From positions 125,805,741-125,869,740 of the forward strand of contig CM041465.1 in the NCBI GenBank assembly GCA_023213395.1: DNA of 64,000 nt. The letters run 5' to 3'. The notes below the pieces were generated by a model. It searched no databases. It saw only the letters and a list, made by a program, of their open reading frames with translations, and had not been told where the DNA came from. Positions 11,404-30,449 of the stretch are shown one piece after another. This stretch comes from Cycas panzhihuaensis (Eukaryota; Plantae; Cycadophyta). Each line of letters begins with the position of its first letter. The stretch's first letter is position 1. Made by a program: the position numbers and the translations under genes.

Positions 11404-14400
11404 TGATGTGGGAGCATCTAGACTTTTATTATTATTCCGTCTAGTTTTTACTTGTTTAGTTATTTTACTCTAAATTTTGGAGTCTATTGATTAAATCATA
11501 ACTTTTGAATTGATGGTTAGAATTTAATTAGTCCATCACCAAATCAAAGGTCTATTTGAGAAGAATGTATAAAAATAGTTTAAGATAGGGCTAAGGGCCT
11601 ATCATATGCCTAAAATTTGCCTACCAAAAAAATGCTCTGAAAATACCTAAAACTTAAGATTTAGTTAATGTATCTCAAAATAGTAGTTAATTTTAAACTA
11701 ATTTTCACTTTTATATGATGATCCTTAGTGGTCTAGCTTTTCTTAATAGGAATTAACTTAGAACATGGAATTATATAGTATTTTACATAATTAAGAAGTT
11801 TTTAGGGTTAGGGTTAGAAGTTTTTAGACTTCTCATTTTTACTCATATAAATATAATTTAGGATTATCTTTTGGTAGGTTTGAATAAAATGGAATGGAAT
11901 TCAAAGTAAAATGACTATCTCTATTCTTTAAACTTTTTCTTTGGCTCTTTCTTAATTTTAGATTGGTGCATGTGAGATAGAATATTTTCCTTGTAGGTTG
12001 CCATCATCATCTAGTATCATAGCATGGTTTAGCTCTAGGGTTAAAGAAGAAAACCATAAAAGTTTGAGGTATTGTAGTGGATAGTTATTGAAGAGACTAC
12101 ATAAGTTGTAGAGTATTCTTATTGAAATGGTAAAGAATTACTCATTGGGGCTTAGGAGCCTTACAAAAAGCTTATAAGAGAAGCTTTTTGACCCAAAGTG
12201 GTTAGGTAAAGAGAAGAGCAACTAAAAATGCAAGGAAGAGGAGAAAGAGTAAACTATAAAATGAATAAAACCTTATAGGAGTTGAAAAAGAGAATGGAAT
12301 AACTTGCTAATGTAGTATTAAGACAAAGATATGGAGGAAATACCAATGAAAAAGAGACATTAAGTGATGATAGCATAAGATTCGAAGAGGATGAGCCACA
12401 AGAATCACATACAATAGAAGAAATATTCTTAAAAGCACTTGAAGATAAGAGTGATGGAATCAAGATTAACATTCCAGACTACTATGGGAGTTTAAAATCA
12501 GAGGAATTAGTAGATTGGCTAAATGCCATGGAAAAGTTCTTTGAATGGAAGAGAATGACTGAAGAAAAGATGGTAAAGTTTACATGCACAATGTTAAAAG
12601 GACATGTAACTATTTAGTAGGATTACTTGAAAAAAGAGAGGGTAAAGAAAGGCAGGGAAAAGATCAAAATATGGACCAAAATGAGCAAGAAGTTGAAAGA
12701 GAAGTTTCTACCAATTGACTATTCTCAAATCCTCTTTAGAAAGTTCCATAACTTAAAGCAGAAAGAAATGATAGTACAAGACTATACATATGAGTTCTAT
12801 AAGCTTTCCATTCATGTGGAGCATAAGGAAATTGATGAACAAGTTGTTGAAAGATATGTAAATGGTTTAAAGATTTCAATTCAAGATGAACTTAGCATGC
12901 ATAGAGTTAAAAGCATGGAAGATGCATATCAATTAATATTGAAGGTAGAAGGGAAGGAAAATAGACATACTACTCAAAGGTGTACTATTATAAGAAGAGG
13001 TTCATCACCTTTGTATAGAAGTAGAGGAGGAATTCCCTATGTGAGAGGAGAATCATCTAATAGGATGGAAAGACAAGAAGTCAAGTGGCAGGGTGAAATG
13101 TAAGGAAGGCGAGGAGTTGAGAACCAACTCAGGGGAAGAGGATTTCCAAAAGCCCAATGAGGCAAAGGTTTTGGTGGTGGAAGAGGATGGATGAGACCTT
13201 TTGTTTGTTTTAAATGTGGGGAAGGACATAGGGCATTTAAATGTCCTTGTCACCATGAGGAATAATCCAAAAGGCCAGAAGACCATTCAAGGATAAACTT
13301 AGCCCAAAATGAAAATGATAATAAAGGAGTTATAATAAATGAAGCTAAGAGCTTAATGCTTCAAAGAACCATGATAGCACCTAGGTAAGGACCCATACAA
13401 GATAAAGGAATGATAAAGATAGATGACAAGTTATAAAATAATATTTCTAGGACAAGATGTACTGTGGGAAGAAAGGTATGCAAAGTTATAATTAATGGTG
13501 GTAGTTGTGAGAATATGATCTCTAATGAAATGGTAAAAGAGTTAAAATTAAGTTGTGAAGCACATCCACATCCATGTCATATTTCTTGGTTCAAGAAAGG
13601 AAATGAGGTAACTGTTGACAAAAGATGCTTAGTTACATTTAGCATTGGGAAATCATATCAGGATGAGATATGGTGTGACGTGATCCCACTGGATGCATGC
13701 CATTTATTATTAGGGAGACTGTAGCAGTACGATAGGAATGCCTTTCATGATGGTAAGAATAATACTTAAACATTCTGAAAGAATGGTGTCGAGGTGAAGT
13801 TATTATCACCTAAGGAAGGAGGGCATGTAGAAAGCATGTTGACTACTAAAGAATTTATGAAATATGTGCAAAAGGCTGGCACTTATTATGCCTTGATGGT
13901 AAGATAAATAAAGGAGGATAGCATAGAGATATCGAGTGAAGTAGTAGGGATATTAGAGGATTACAATGATATTATGCTAGATGAGTTACCTGATCGCTTA
14001 CCACTAATAAGAGGCATTCAACACCAAATCGACCTAATCTCAGCATCAAGCTTACCAAACCAGGTAGCTTATGAGTTAAGCCTAATGGATAATGAGGAGT
14101 TAAATTGATAAGTCAATGAATTGGTGCAGAAGGGAATGGTCAAAGAAAGCTTGAGTCCCTATGTAGTTCCAGCATTGGTAACTCCAAAGAAAGATGGCTC
14201 ATGGCAAATATGTGTTGATTCTAGAGCAAACAATAAGGATAATAATTAAATATTGGTTTCTTATACCTTGTATGGATGATATTATAGATGTATTAGTAGG
14301 TGCTTTATACTGTACAAAGATTGACCTCAAGAGTAGGTATCATTATATTTGAATTCGTGAAGGAGATGAGTGGAAGACAACCTTCAAGATGAGGGATGAA

Positions 14401-15020
14401 TTGTATGAATGGCTAGTCATACCATTCAGAATATTAAATGCCCTAAGCATGTTCATGAGATTAATGAACATTGTGTTATAACCATTCATTAGTAAATTTA
14501 TAGATATGTATTTTGATGATATCCTTATTTTTAGTAAGCCTAAGGAGGAACACTTAATGCACTTAAGGATGGTGCTTGAAGTGTTAAGGAGAGAGAAGTT
14601 ATATGCAAATATAAAGAAGTGTAAGTTTATGTAAAGGAGCCTAGTGTTTCTAGGCTTTGTGATCTCACAAGAGGGATTCTGTATGGACGAGGAGAAGATT
14701 AGGGAAATTATTGATTTTCCAACACCTAAGACTATGACAGAGGTAAGAGGTTTTCGCAATTTGGCTCAGATTTATAGAAAGTTTATTAGAAACTTTAGTG
14801 GGATTATTGCATCGTTAACAGACTGTATGAAGGGTAAGGAGTTGATATGGGCTGGGAAAGAAGAGAATAACTTCCAACTCTTAAAGAAAAAGGTAGCTGA
14901 GGCACTAGTTCTTACACTACGAAATTTTGAAAAAGTATTTGAGGTCAATTGTGGTGCTTCATATATTTCAATTGGAGTAGTGCTTAGTCAAGAAGAAAGA
15001 CCTATAGCATTTTATAGTGA
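11404..15020 (+). mobile_element. 3'-truncated copy of the CRM-like gypsy element (5' LTR 11404-12009, decayed PBS 12012-12023, gag, PR, RT, start of RNase H)
   Basis: TGATG...CATCA LTR and PBS relic TAGTATCATAGC; gag KEKFLPIDYSQILFRKF, RT YFDDILIFSK. It ends abruptly after RPIAFYS at 15020. Confidence 0.92.
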
Positions 15021-15039
15021 CACACACCCCTCCCTCTCG

Positions 15040-15936
<897 letters not shown>

Positions 15937-16368
15937 TAAAGGCAATATATAACTTCAATTTATCATTCGCTAAGACTATAATATCATAGGCATTTAGTTT
16001 ACCTTCTTGTTATCTCCCTAAACTAACCCATATGCATTATTTTCTTATTTGTCATAATACACTATTAAGGATGGATTTTGTATGGGATGCTACATTTGAA
16101 TGACACTCAAATCTATATGTTTTGAATTCAACTTGGTTGAGGCTTTTCATCATATTTACACATTATGTCCATTTAAAGTTATCATTGAAAGGGGTTGAGG
16201 GAATATAGAGGAAGGATGTAGATTATAGAAATTAACCTACGTAATTTAGAGAATAATTAGTTAGATAGTCATGTTAGTGAGGTAACTTTGATTGAGGGTT
16301 GACCCATGAGTGACATGAAAGGTTTATGGAAACCTAATGGGAGATACAGCATAGGAAAGAACATAGAT

Positions 16369-16711
16369 TGATGCGGGAGCATTTACACCTTCATCATAAC
16401 TCCATCTATTTTTTATTTTTTTAGTTATTTTACTCTAAATTGTGGAGTCTATTGATTAAAGCATAACTTTTAAAACAATGGTTAGAATTTAGTCAGTCCA
16501 GAATCAAATCGAAGGTCTATTGGAGAAGAATGGATAAAAATGGTCTAAGATAGGGCTATTTAGGACTGTCTTTTGGTAGATTTGAATGAAATTAAATAGA
16601 ATTCAAAGTAAAATAACTCTCTTTATTCTTTAGACTTTTTCTTTGGCTCTTTCTTAATTTTAGATTGGTGCATGTGAGATAGAATCTTTTCCTTGTATGT
16701 TTCCCTTATCA
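16369..16711 (+). repeat. 5' LTR carrying a ~260-bp internal deletion
   Basis: 343 bp versus ~605 bp for the LTRs at 11404 and 21518; junction TAGGGCTA/TTTAGGA near 16558. Confidence 0.9.
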
Positions 16712-16928
16712 TCTGGTATCAGAGCATGATTTTACTCTGGGGTTAAAGAAAGAAACCATAAAAGTTTGAGGTATTACAGTAAATAATATTGAAGAGACTA
16801 CATAGGTTGTAGAGTATTCTTATTAAAAAGGTAAGGGATTACTTGTTGGGGCTTAAGAGCCTTGCAAAAAACTTACAGGAGAAGCTTTGAGACACAAAGT
16901 AATTAGGTAAAGAGAAGAACAATTAAAA

Positions 16929-19900
16929 ATGCCATGAAGAGGTGGAACAGTAAACTATGTTGAAGTGAATAAAAACTTGTAGGAGTTGCGAAAGAGAATG
17001 AAATTACTTGCTAATGTAGTATTAAGATAAAGACATGAAGAAATACCCATGAAAAAGAAGCATTAAGTGATGATATTATAAGATTCGAAGAGGATGATCC
17101 ACAAAAACCATAGACAATAGAAGAAATATTCTTAAAAGCACTTGAAGATAAGAGTGATGGAATCAAGATTGACATTCTACACTACTAGGGGAGTTTAAAA
17201 CTAGAGGAGCTAGTAGATTAGCTAAATGCCATGGAAAAGTTCTTTGGATGGAAGAGAATAGCTAAAAAAAAGAAGGTAAAGTTTATATGCATAAAGCTAA
17301 AGGGATATGAAACTATTTAGTGGGATTACTTGCAAAAGGAGAGGGTAAATAAAGGCAAAGAAAAGATCAAAACATAGACCAAAATGGTCAAGAAGTTAAA
17401 AGAGACATTTCTACCAATTGACTATTCTTAAACCTTCTTTAGAAAGTTCCACAACTTAAAGCAGAAAGAAATGATAGTATAATACTCTGCAAATGAATTC
17501 TATAAGCTTTCCATTCATGTGGAGCATGAGGAGACAGATGAACAAGTTACTGCAAGATATCTAAATGGTTTAAAGTTTTCAATTCAAGATGACCTTAACA
17601 TGCATAGAGTTAAAAGCATGGAAGATGCATATCAATTAGTATTGAAGGTAGAAGAGAAGAAAAATAGACATACTACTCGAAGGCCCTCTATGATGAGAAG
17701 AGTTTTATCACCTTTGTACAAACGTAGAGGAGAAATTCCCTATGTGAGAGGAGAATCATCTAATAGGATGGAAAGATAAGAAGTCAAGAGGCAGGGTGAA
17801 ATGCAAGGAGGGTGAGGAGCTGAGAACCAACTCAAGGGAAGAGGATTTCCAGAAGCCCAACAAGGCAAAGGTTTTGGTGGTGGATGAGGATGGAGGAGAC
17901 CTTTTGTTTATTTTATATATGGGGAAGGACATAGGGCATTTGAATGTCTTCGTCACTGTGAAGAATAATCCAAAAAGCAAGAAGACCATTCAAGGATAAA
18001 CTTGGCCCAAAATGAATATGACAATGATGGGGTCATAATAGATGAAGGTGAGAGCTTAATGCTTCAAAGAACCACAATAGCACATAGGTAATGGCCTATA
18101 CAAGATAAAGGAAAGACAAAGATGAATGATGATTCATAGTTACAAAAAAATAATATTTTTAGGACAAGATGTACTACAGGAGGAAACGTATGTAAAGTTA
18201 TAACTTATGGTGGTAGTTGTGAAAATATGATCTCTAATGAAATGGTAGAAAAAGTTAAAATTAAGTTGTGAAGCACATCCACATCCATGTTGTATTTCTT
18301 GGTTTAAGAAAGGAAATGAGGTAACTATTGACAAAGATGCCTAGTTAAATTTAACATTAGGAAATTATATCAAGATGAGATATGGTGTGATGTGATCCCG
18401 ATGGATGCATGCCATTTATTATTAGGGAGACTATAGTAGTACAATACGAATGCCTTTCATGATGGTAAGAATAATATTTATACATTCTAGAAGAATGATG
18501 TGGAGGTGGAGTTATTACTAGTTAAGGAAAGAGGGCATGTATAAAGCATGTTGACTACTCAAGAATTTATGAAACATGTGTGAAAGGTTGGCACTTATTA
18601 TGTCTTGATGGTAATATAAATAAAGGAGGATAGCACAAAGATACTAGGTGAGGTAGTAGGGTTATTAAAGGAGTACAATGATATTATGCCAGATGATTTA
18701 CCTAATGGCTTACCACCAATGAGAGACATTCAATACCAAATCAACCTAATCCCAAGGTTAAGCTTACCAAACTAGGCAACTTATCAGTTAAGCCTAATAG
18801 AGAATGAGAAGTTAAATCGATAAATCAATGAATTGGTGTAGAAGGGAATTGGCAGACAAAGCTTGAGTCCCTGTGTAGTTCCAGCATTGGTAACTCCAAA
18901 GAAATATGACTCACGGAAAATGTGTGTTGATTCTAGAGTGAACAACAAAGATAACAATTAAATATCAGTTCCTTATACCTCGTATGGATGATATGCTAAA
19001 TGTATTAACAAGTGCTTCCTACTTTATAAAGATTGACCTTAAAAGCAAGTATCGTTATATTCAAATTTGTGAAGGGGATGGGTGGAAGATAACCTTTAAG
19101 ACGAGGGACAAATTATATAGATGGCTAGCCATACCATTCAGAATATTAAATGCCCCAAGCATGTTCATGAGATTGATGAACATTGTGTTGCAACCATTTA
19201 ATAGTAAATTTGTAGTTATGTATTTTGATGACATTATTATTTTTAGTAAGACTAAAGAGGAGCACATAATGCACTTTAGGTTGGTGCTTGAAGTTTTAAG
19301 GAGAGAGAAGTTATATGTAAATATAAAGAAGTGTAAGTTTATATAAGGGAGCCTAGTGTTTCTAGGGCATTTTATTTCTCAAGAGGGATTGCAAATGGAT
19401 GAGGAGAAAGTTAGGGCAATTATTGATTAGCCAACACCTAAGACTATGATAGAGGTGAGTTTTCATGGTTTGGCTCAGTTTTATAGAAAGTTTATTAGAA
19501 ACTTTAATGGGATTGTTGCACCGTTAATAGATTGTATGAAGGGTAAGGAGTTGACATGGACTAGGGAAGTAGAGAATATCTTTCAACTCTTAAAGAAATA
19601 GGTAGATGGGGCACCAATCCTTACATTATTAAATTTTTAAAACGTATTTGAGGTTGATTATGGTGCTTCACATATTATAATTAGAGTAGTGCTCTGTCAA
19701 AAAGAAAAGCCTATAAAATTTTGTAGTGAGAAGCTTAATGAGGAAAGAAGAAGGTATTCAACCTATGACTTACAATTTTATGCAATTGTCTAATCTTTGA
19801 GGCATTGGAGACATTGCCTCATAGCTAAGGAAATTTTCCTATTCACTGATCACTAAGCCTTGAGGTATATAAATACGAAAAGGAAATTAAATGCTAGACA

Positions 19901-21480
19901 TGTTAAGTGGGTATCTTATCTCCAAAGCTTTACAATTATTTTGAAGAATGAATCAAGCAAATAGAATCGTGTTGTTGATGTATTGAGTAAGCGAGTGGCA
20001 TTATTTACCACCATGATAAATGAGGTGATAGTATTTAAAGCTATTAAGGATTTGTATGACTCAGACCCTAACTTTAGAATAATTTCTAAGCACTGTAAGA
20101 ATCCTTTAATTAATGGAGGCAGTTCTTCCTATGATGATTACATTGTGCAGGATGGCTACTTATTTAAGAATAGACAATTGTGCATCCTAGTGGGCTCCAT
20201 GAGAGAGAACATCACATGAGATTTACATAGTGGAGGTATTGGAGGGCATTTTGGCCAAAATAACACCATAGCTTTAGTAGAATGGCCTCGCGTAAAGGGT
20301 GATATGGCAAGATTTGTTGTATATTGTAGGACATGCCAAATGGATAAGGGACATGCACAAAATATTGGCTTATATATGCCCTTATTAATACTTGAAGGAC
20401 CATGGACAAACTTAAGCATAGACTTTGTATTGGGATTACCATATACACAAAGAGGTAATGATTTAATATTTATTGCCATTATTCGCTTTTAAAAAATAAC
20501 TCATTTTATTGGATGCAAGAAGAGAAATGATGTTGTTAGAATAACAGATTTATTCTTTAAAGAGGTTGTAAGGTTACATGGCATTCCTAAGACTATCACT
20601 TTATATCAAGACACAAAGTTCTTGAGCTATTTTTGGAAGACTCTATGGAAGAAGCTGGAAATAAAACTTCAGTTTAGTAATGCCTACAACCCACAGACTA
20701 ATGGGCTGACTGAAGTGGTAAACAAAAGTTTAGTAAACTTTCTAAGGTATATTATTGGGGAGAAGTCCAAATAATAGGATTTAGCATTAGACTGGGCAAA
20801 ATTTATATATAACATTTCTGTAAATAGGTCGACAAGTAAGTTACCTTTTAAAGTTATGTATGGAAAAAACCCTAAGGGTGTGCTAGACTTAGTACATCTA
20901 CCCATTAAGGGAAATGTGAGTAACAATGTAGAATCTTACGCAGAGAATATATAATGGTTTCATGAGGAGGTAAGGAAAAAGTTACAAAATACCAATAAAA
21001 AGTACAAGGAAGTAGTAGACAGAACCCATGGATATAAGGTATTTGAAGAAGGTGACTTAGTACTGGTTTACTTAAGGAAAGATAGATTCCTACAAGGGAC
21101 CTATAACAAGCTCAAATACAAAAAGGTTGGGCCATTTTTTATTATGAAAATAATTAATGACAATGCATACGAGGTTGATCTTCCTGAACACTTTGAAATC
21201 TCTCATATTTTTTATGTTTTAGATCTATATGCATATCATGAAGGAGACAAAGAGGTAGATTATGAAAGTAAAGTGGCAAGTTGGGAGCCCCAAATACCAA
21301 GGAAGAAGTGAGAAGAAATTGAGAAGATATTAGATATGAAGACAATGAGTACATGATAGGGAAATTATAACAAGTACCTAGTGTAGTGAAAAGGTCTACC
21401 ACAAGTATATAACACCTGTATAATTGAAGAAGAACTAAAGCACTTGAATCTTGACAAATGGCAAGAAATTTATCATAATA
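16929..21480 (+). pseudogene. Disrupted gag-pol polyprotein
   Basis: Many stops and frameshifts. Recognisable motifs: KIDLKSKY, MYFDDIIIFSK (RT); LHSGGIGGHFG..CRTCQ (HHCC); PWTNLSIDFVLGLP and YNPQTNGLTEVVN (integrase); EIEKILD..KYLV**KGLP..NT (chromodomain). Confidence 0.9.
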
Positions 21481-21517
21481 ATTTACAAGGAAAGAATACT
21501 TTTCAAGCTAGAGAGAA

Positions 21518-22122
21518 TGATGTAGGAACATCTACACCTTTATCATAACTCTATCTATTTTTCACTTTTTAGTTATTTTACTCTAAATTTTAGGGTCTAT
21601 TAATTTAAGCATAACTTTTGACTCGGTAGTCAAAATTCACTCCTTCTAGCACCAAACCAAAGGTCTATTCGAGAAGAACAAGTGAAAATAGCCTAAGATA
21701 GGCCAAAGGCCGATCATAGGCCCAAAGTTTGCCTACCAAAAAAATGCTTTAAAAATACCTAATAATTAATATTTATTTTGTATATTTGAAAATAATAGCT
21801 AATTTTATACTAGCTTTCACTTTTATGTAATGACCCGTAGTGGTCTAGTGTTTTTTAGTAGGAATTAACTTAGAGACATGGAATTATATAGTATTTGATA
21901 TAATTGAAGAGTTTATAGGGTTAGGGTTAGAAGTTTTTATACTTCTTACTTTTATTTATATAAATGTAATTTTAAACCATCTTTTGGTAGATTTGAATGG
22001 AATAGAATAGAATTTGAAGTAAAATAACTCCCTCTATTCTTTAGACTTTTTCTTTCATTCTTTCTTGTTTTTAGGTTGGTGTATGTGAGATAGAATATTT
22101 TTATTGCATGTTGTCCTCATGA
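21518..22122 (+). repeat. 3' LTR
   Basis: Begins TGATG after the purine tract, ends CATGA (mutated CATCA), and is collinear with 11404-12009. Confidence 0.93.
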
Positions 22123-22564
22123 TAGATACACATGATGAATGTGGAATATATAAGACAACATGTAAGGGGTAAAATCTAGATTATGGAGAAGATAAAGGAG
22201 GATGTTTGTATGAGAGAAATACATGGGGGATTAGGTTAAATGTGATTTTAAATACAAATAATATGTATTAAGGGTTCGACTAAGAGGCATTATGAAGGCA
22301 TGGTGGATGAAGCGTAGGAGAAGTGCGAAGGTAAGAGAAATGGATGTTCAAGATTGGGTTTGAAATAGAGATGATAAGGTGCCATGTCCTTATGAACAAA
22401 AAATAAACATTATAATAACTTATCTCGATTATTATATGAAGTCTATGTATTGATATATTACTACATGGCCATAACTAAAAGTAAGATGCCTAAAATTTTT
22501 TATAGTAACTTTTCGTTATGTACATACATTATAGTGACTTATTTATATAGTTTGTTATTATAAT

Positions 22565-26970
<4,406 letters not shown>

Positions 26971-28029
26971 TAATCTAATATTAATAGGTTGCTTAAAGTC
27001 TGTATGATTACATTTTTGCCTTGAATCTTATGTTGTGAACTAATAAATTATGAAAATAATTTGTACACACCCCTCTCCATTAATACACACACATACATAC
27101 ATACATTACAAGGGATTAATGGAGGATGGGTAAGGAAAAAATAAGGGAGATTTGTGGATAAGGAGGATAATGGTATAGATAATAACAAGTAAATGAAATT
27201 TGATTGATAAGCAAGTCTAAGAAATGCCTAGTTTGTAGGTGATATATAGGGGTTTATAAGTGATGAATAGGTGGTAAGGGCTAAATGTTCTTTATGAGAA
27301 AGGGTTTATGAGAGGGACATAATACAATGCATAGGAAGAGATGAGAAGCACAACGAGAAATAAGAATATTATTTGAAATATAATTAAGTAAATGGAGAGT
27401 AAAAAAATAATAGCATTATAAAAGACATTTATACTCGTAGAAGTAGGAGATAAGAAGAGATAAAACTAATAAACATCATTATAATGAAATAATTTCTTCC
27501 TAAAGAATAAGATAGGGTGAAGATGTCGAACAAAAATTTCTTATATTAGTAGATGGGATTTGAGGGCTTCAACCTTTAAATTAGTTCTGGGATCTTATTG
27601 AACATGATGTGAGAGGTTTTCCAAAGCTATAGAACTTAGAAACTTAAAACAAATATGAAAATTACCAAAAGATATGATTAGCATAGAGCAAGATTAGAAT
27701 TTGCAAGTATATTTTTGAAGATGTTTTGTCTCTCAGATTCTTCAACATGTAACTAGCTAGTGGGTGTTAGTCTGCCATGCAAACTTTACATTATATTGTT
27801 CATAAATAGTCTCCTTATTGGATTATTCTCCAATACATACAATTGGTTTTTTCTCTCTTTACTTCCTAATCCTTTGCCTTTTCCTCTAGACCTTCCAGTT
27901 TAACCATCAATTTCTATAATGCTTCCTATATATTTTATAGGACTTTATGCATCTTCTATTCTTTTGAATCTTATGTTGTGAGCTAATAATAATAAGTATG
28001 AAAATAATTTGTACATAACCCTCTCCCTT

Positions 28030-29160
<1,131 letters not shown>

Positions 29161-29369
29161 GATGGAATGGAGAGGAAGGATGTAAATTAGGAAAATTAAC
29201 CTAATGGATTTAGAGAATAATGAGTTAGATAGTCATGGTAGTGAGGTACCTTTGGTTGGGGATTAACCCATGAGTGACATGAAAGGTTTGTGGGAAGGTA
29301 ATAGGAGATGCAACATGGGAAAACATATAAATACACATGATAAACATGAAATACCTAGTTGAAACAAGG

Positions 29370-30180
29370 TTACCATGAGCATAACATATCAACCTTAAAT
29401 AGATGACCAAACTAAATCTATGACCAAATGCTTAGAAGGCTATGTCAGGTGCTTCACTTTGAATAAGCATATACAATGGTACAAATGGCTATATTTGGAA
29501 AAATAGTGGTATAATAGAATATATCATTCCACAACTTAGATTATACCTTTCAAGGCTCTTTATGGAGATGACCCACTGCCACTAATGTATACAAATGTGT
29601 AGCCTAAGGCCCCAACCATTAAGGAATATATACAAAAGATAAAGAAATCCTTCACAATCTCAAAGATATTCTAAATATAATAAGAGATAGAATGAACTAG
29701 TAATAAGACTAACATGGATAGAAAAGGTAATTTGAAGTTAAGAATTAGGCATTTTGAGATTACAACCTTATAAATAGTCCATAATGAGGAGAGGAAGGAA
29801 AGAGAAGCTACATTTCAGGTTTTATAGGTTGTTTTAAGTATAAAAGGGAATTAGGGAAGTATCTTATCTACTTGACCTTCTAGAAGGCTAGATACATAAT
29901 GTTTTTCATATATCATATTTTAAGATAAAAAATAGGGAAAATATTATACCTTAAGTAACTTTATTACGGTTCAATGAAGAAGGATCCTCAATCATGCGTC
30001 TAAAAGGCATCATTAACATTTGGATGAAACAACTACAAATTTAGATAATCAATGAATACTTTATAAAATAGAAGGATATAGATGTACAAGATGCAATATG
30101 AGAAAATAAATTCTAACAACAATAAAACTTGTAAGTTCAATGATTTTAGGGCAAAACATCTTTTAGTAGGAGGAAGTTAT
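29370..30180 (+). mobile_element. Old gypsy integrase C-terminus and chromodomain remnant (different family)
   Basis: Decayed YQP*IDDQTKSMTKCLEGYVRCF..QWYKWLYLEK*WYN..PFKALYG, later YFIK*KDIDVQDAI*E, then a purine tract at ~30165. Confidence 0.7.
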
Positions 30181-30449
30181 TATATTTTGCTAAGCAGGGT
30201 GGTTGACTTAAGTAAGGCCTATCGATCTTAAAATTTTAATATAAGGAAGCATTTGGTAAGAAAAATGTCTTTGAATAGGAAATATAGGTTATTAGATATC
30301 TATCAATAGTAATTTTAGGAGGACCCCTTGTTTCAAAGAGGAAACCAATAGTTTTCTCTAGCTACTATTTTATTTTTTGAGGAAAAAACATTTCATTTAT
30401 GTATACTATTATTTTGTTTATTTCTTTATTTATTTGCCAATTATTTCCC

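Larger units (their letters stand above)
16369..22122 (+). mobile_element. Full-length, decayed Ty3/gypsy chromovirus (CRM-like) with both LTRs and TSD
   Basis: 5' LTR 16369-16711, PBS TGGTATCAGAGC 16714-16725, gag-PR-RT-RH-INT-chromodomain, PPT ~21510-21517, 3' LTR 21518-22122. TSD TAGAT at 16364-16368 and 22123-22127. Confidence 0.95.

Noticed and set aside
11801-11817. Interstitial telomere or healed chromosome break
   Set aside because: Only about 2.5 units, and present at the same position in two LTR copies, so it is part of the LTR.
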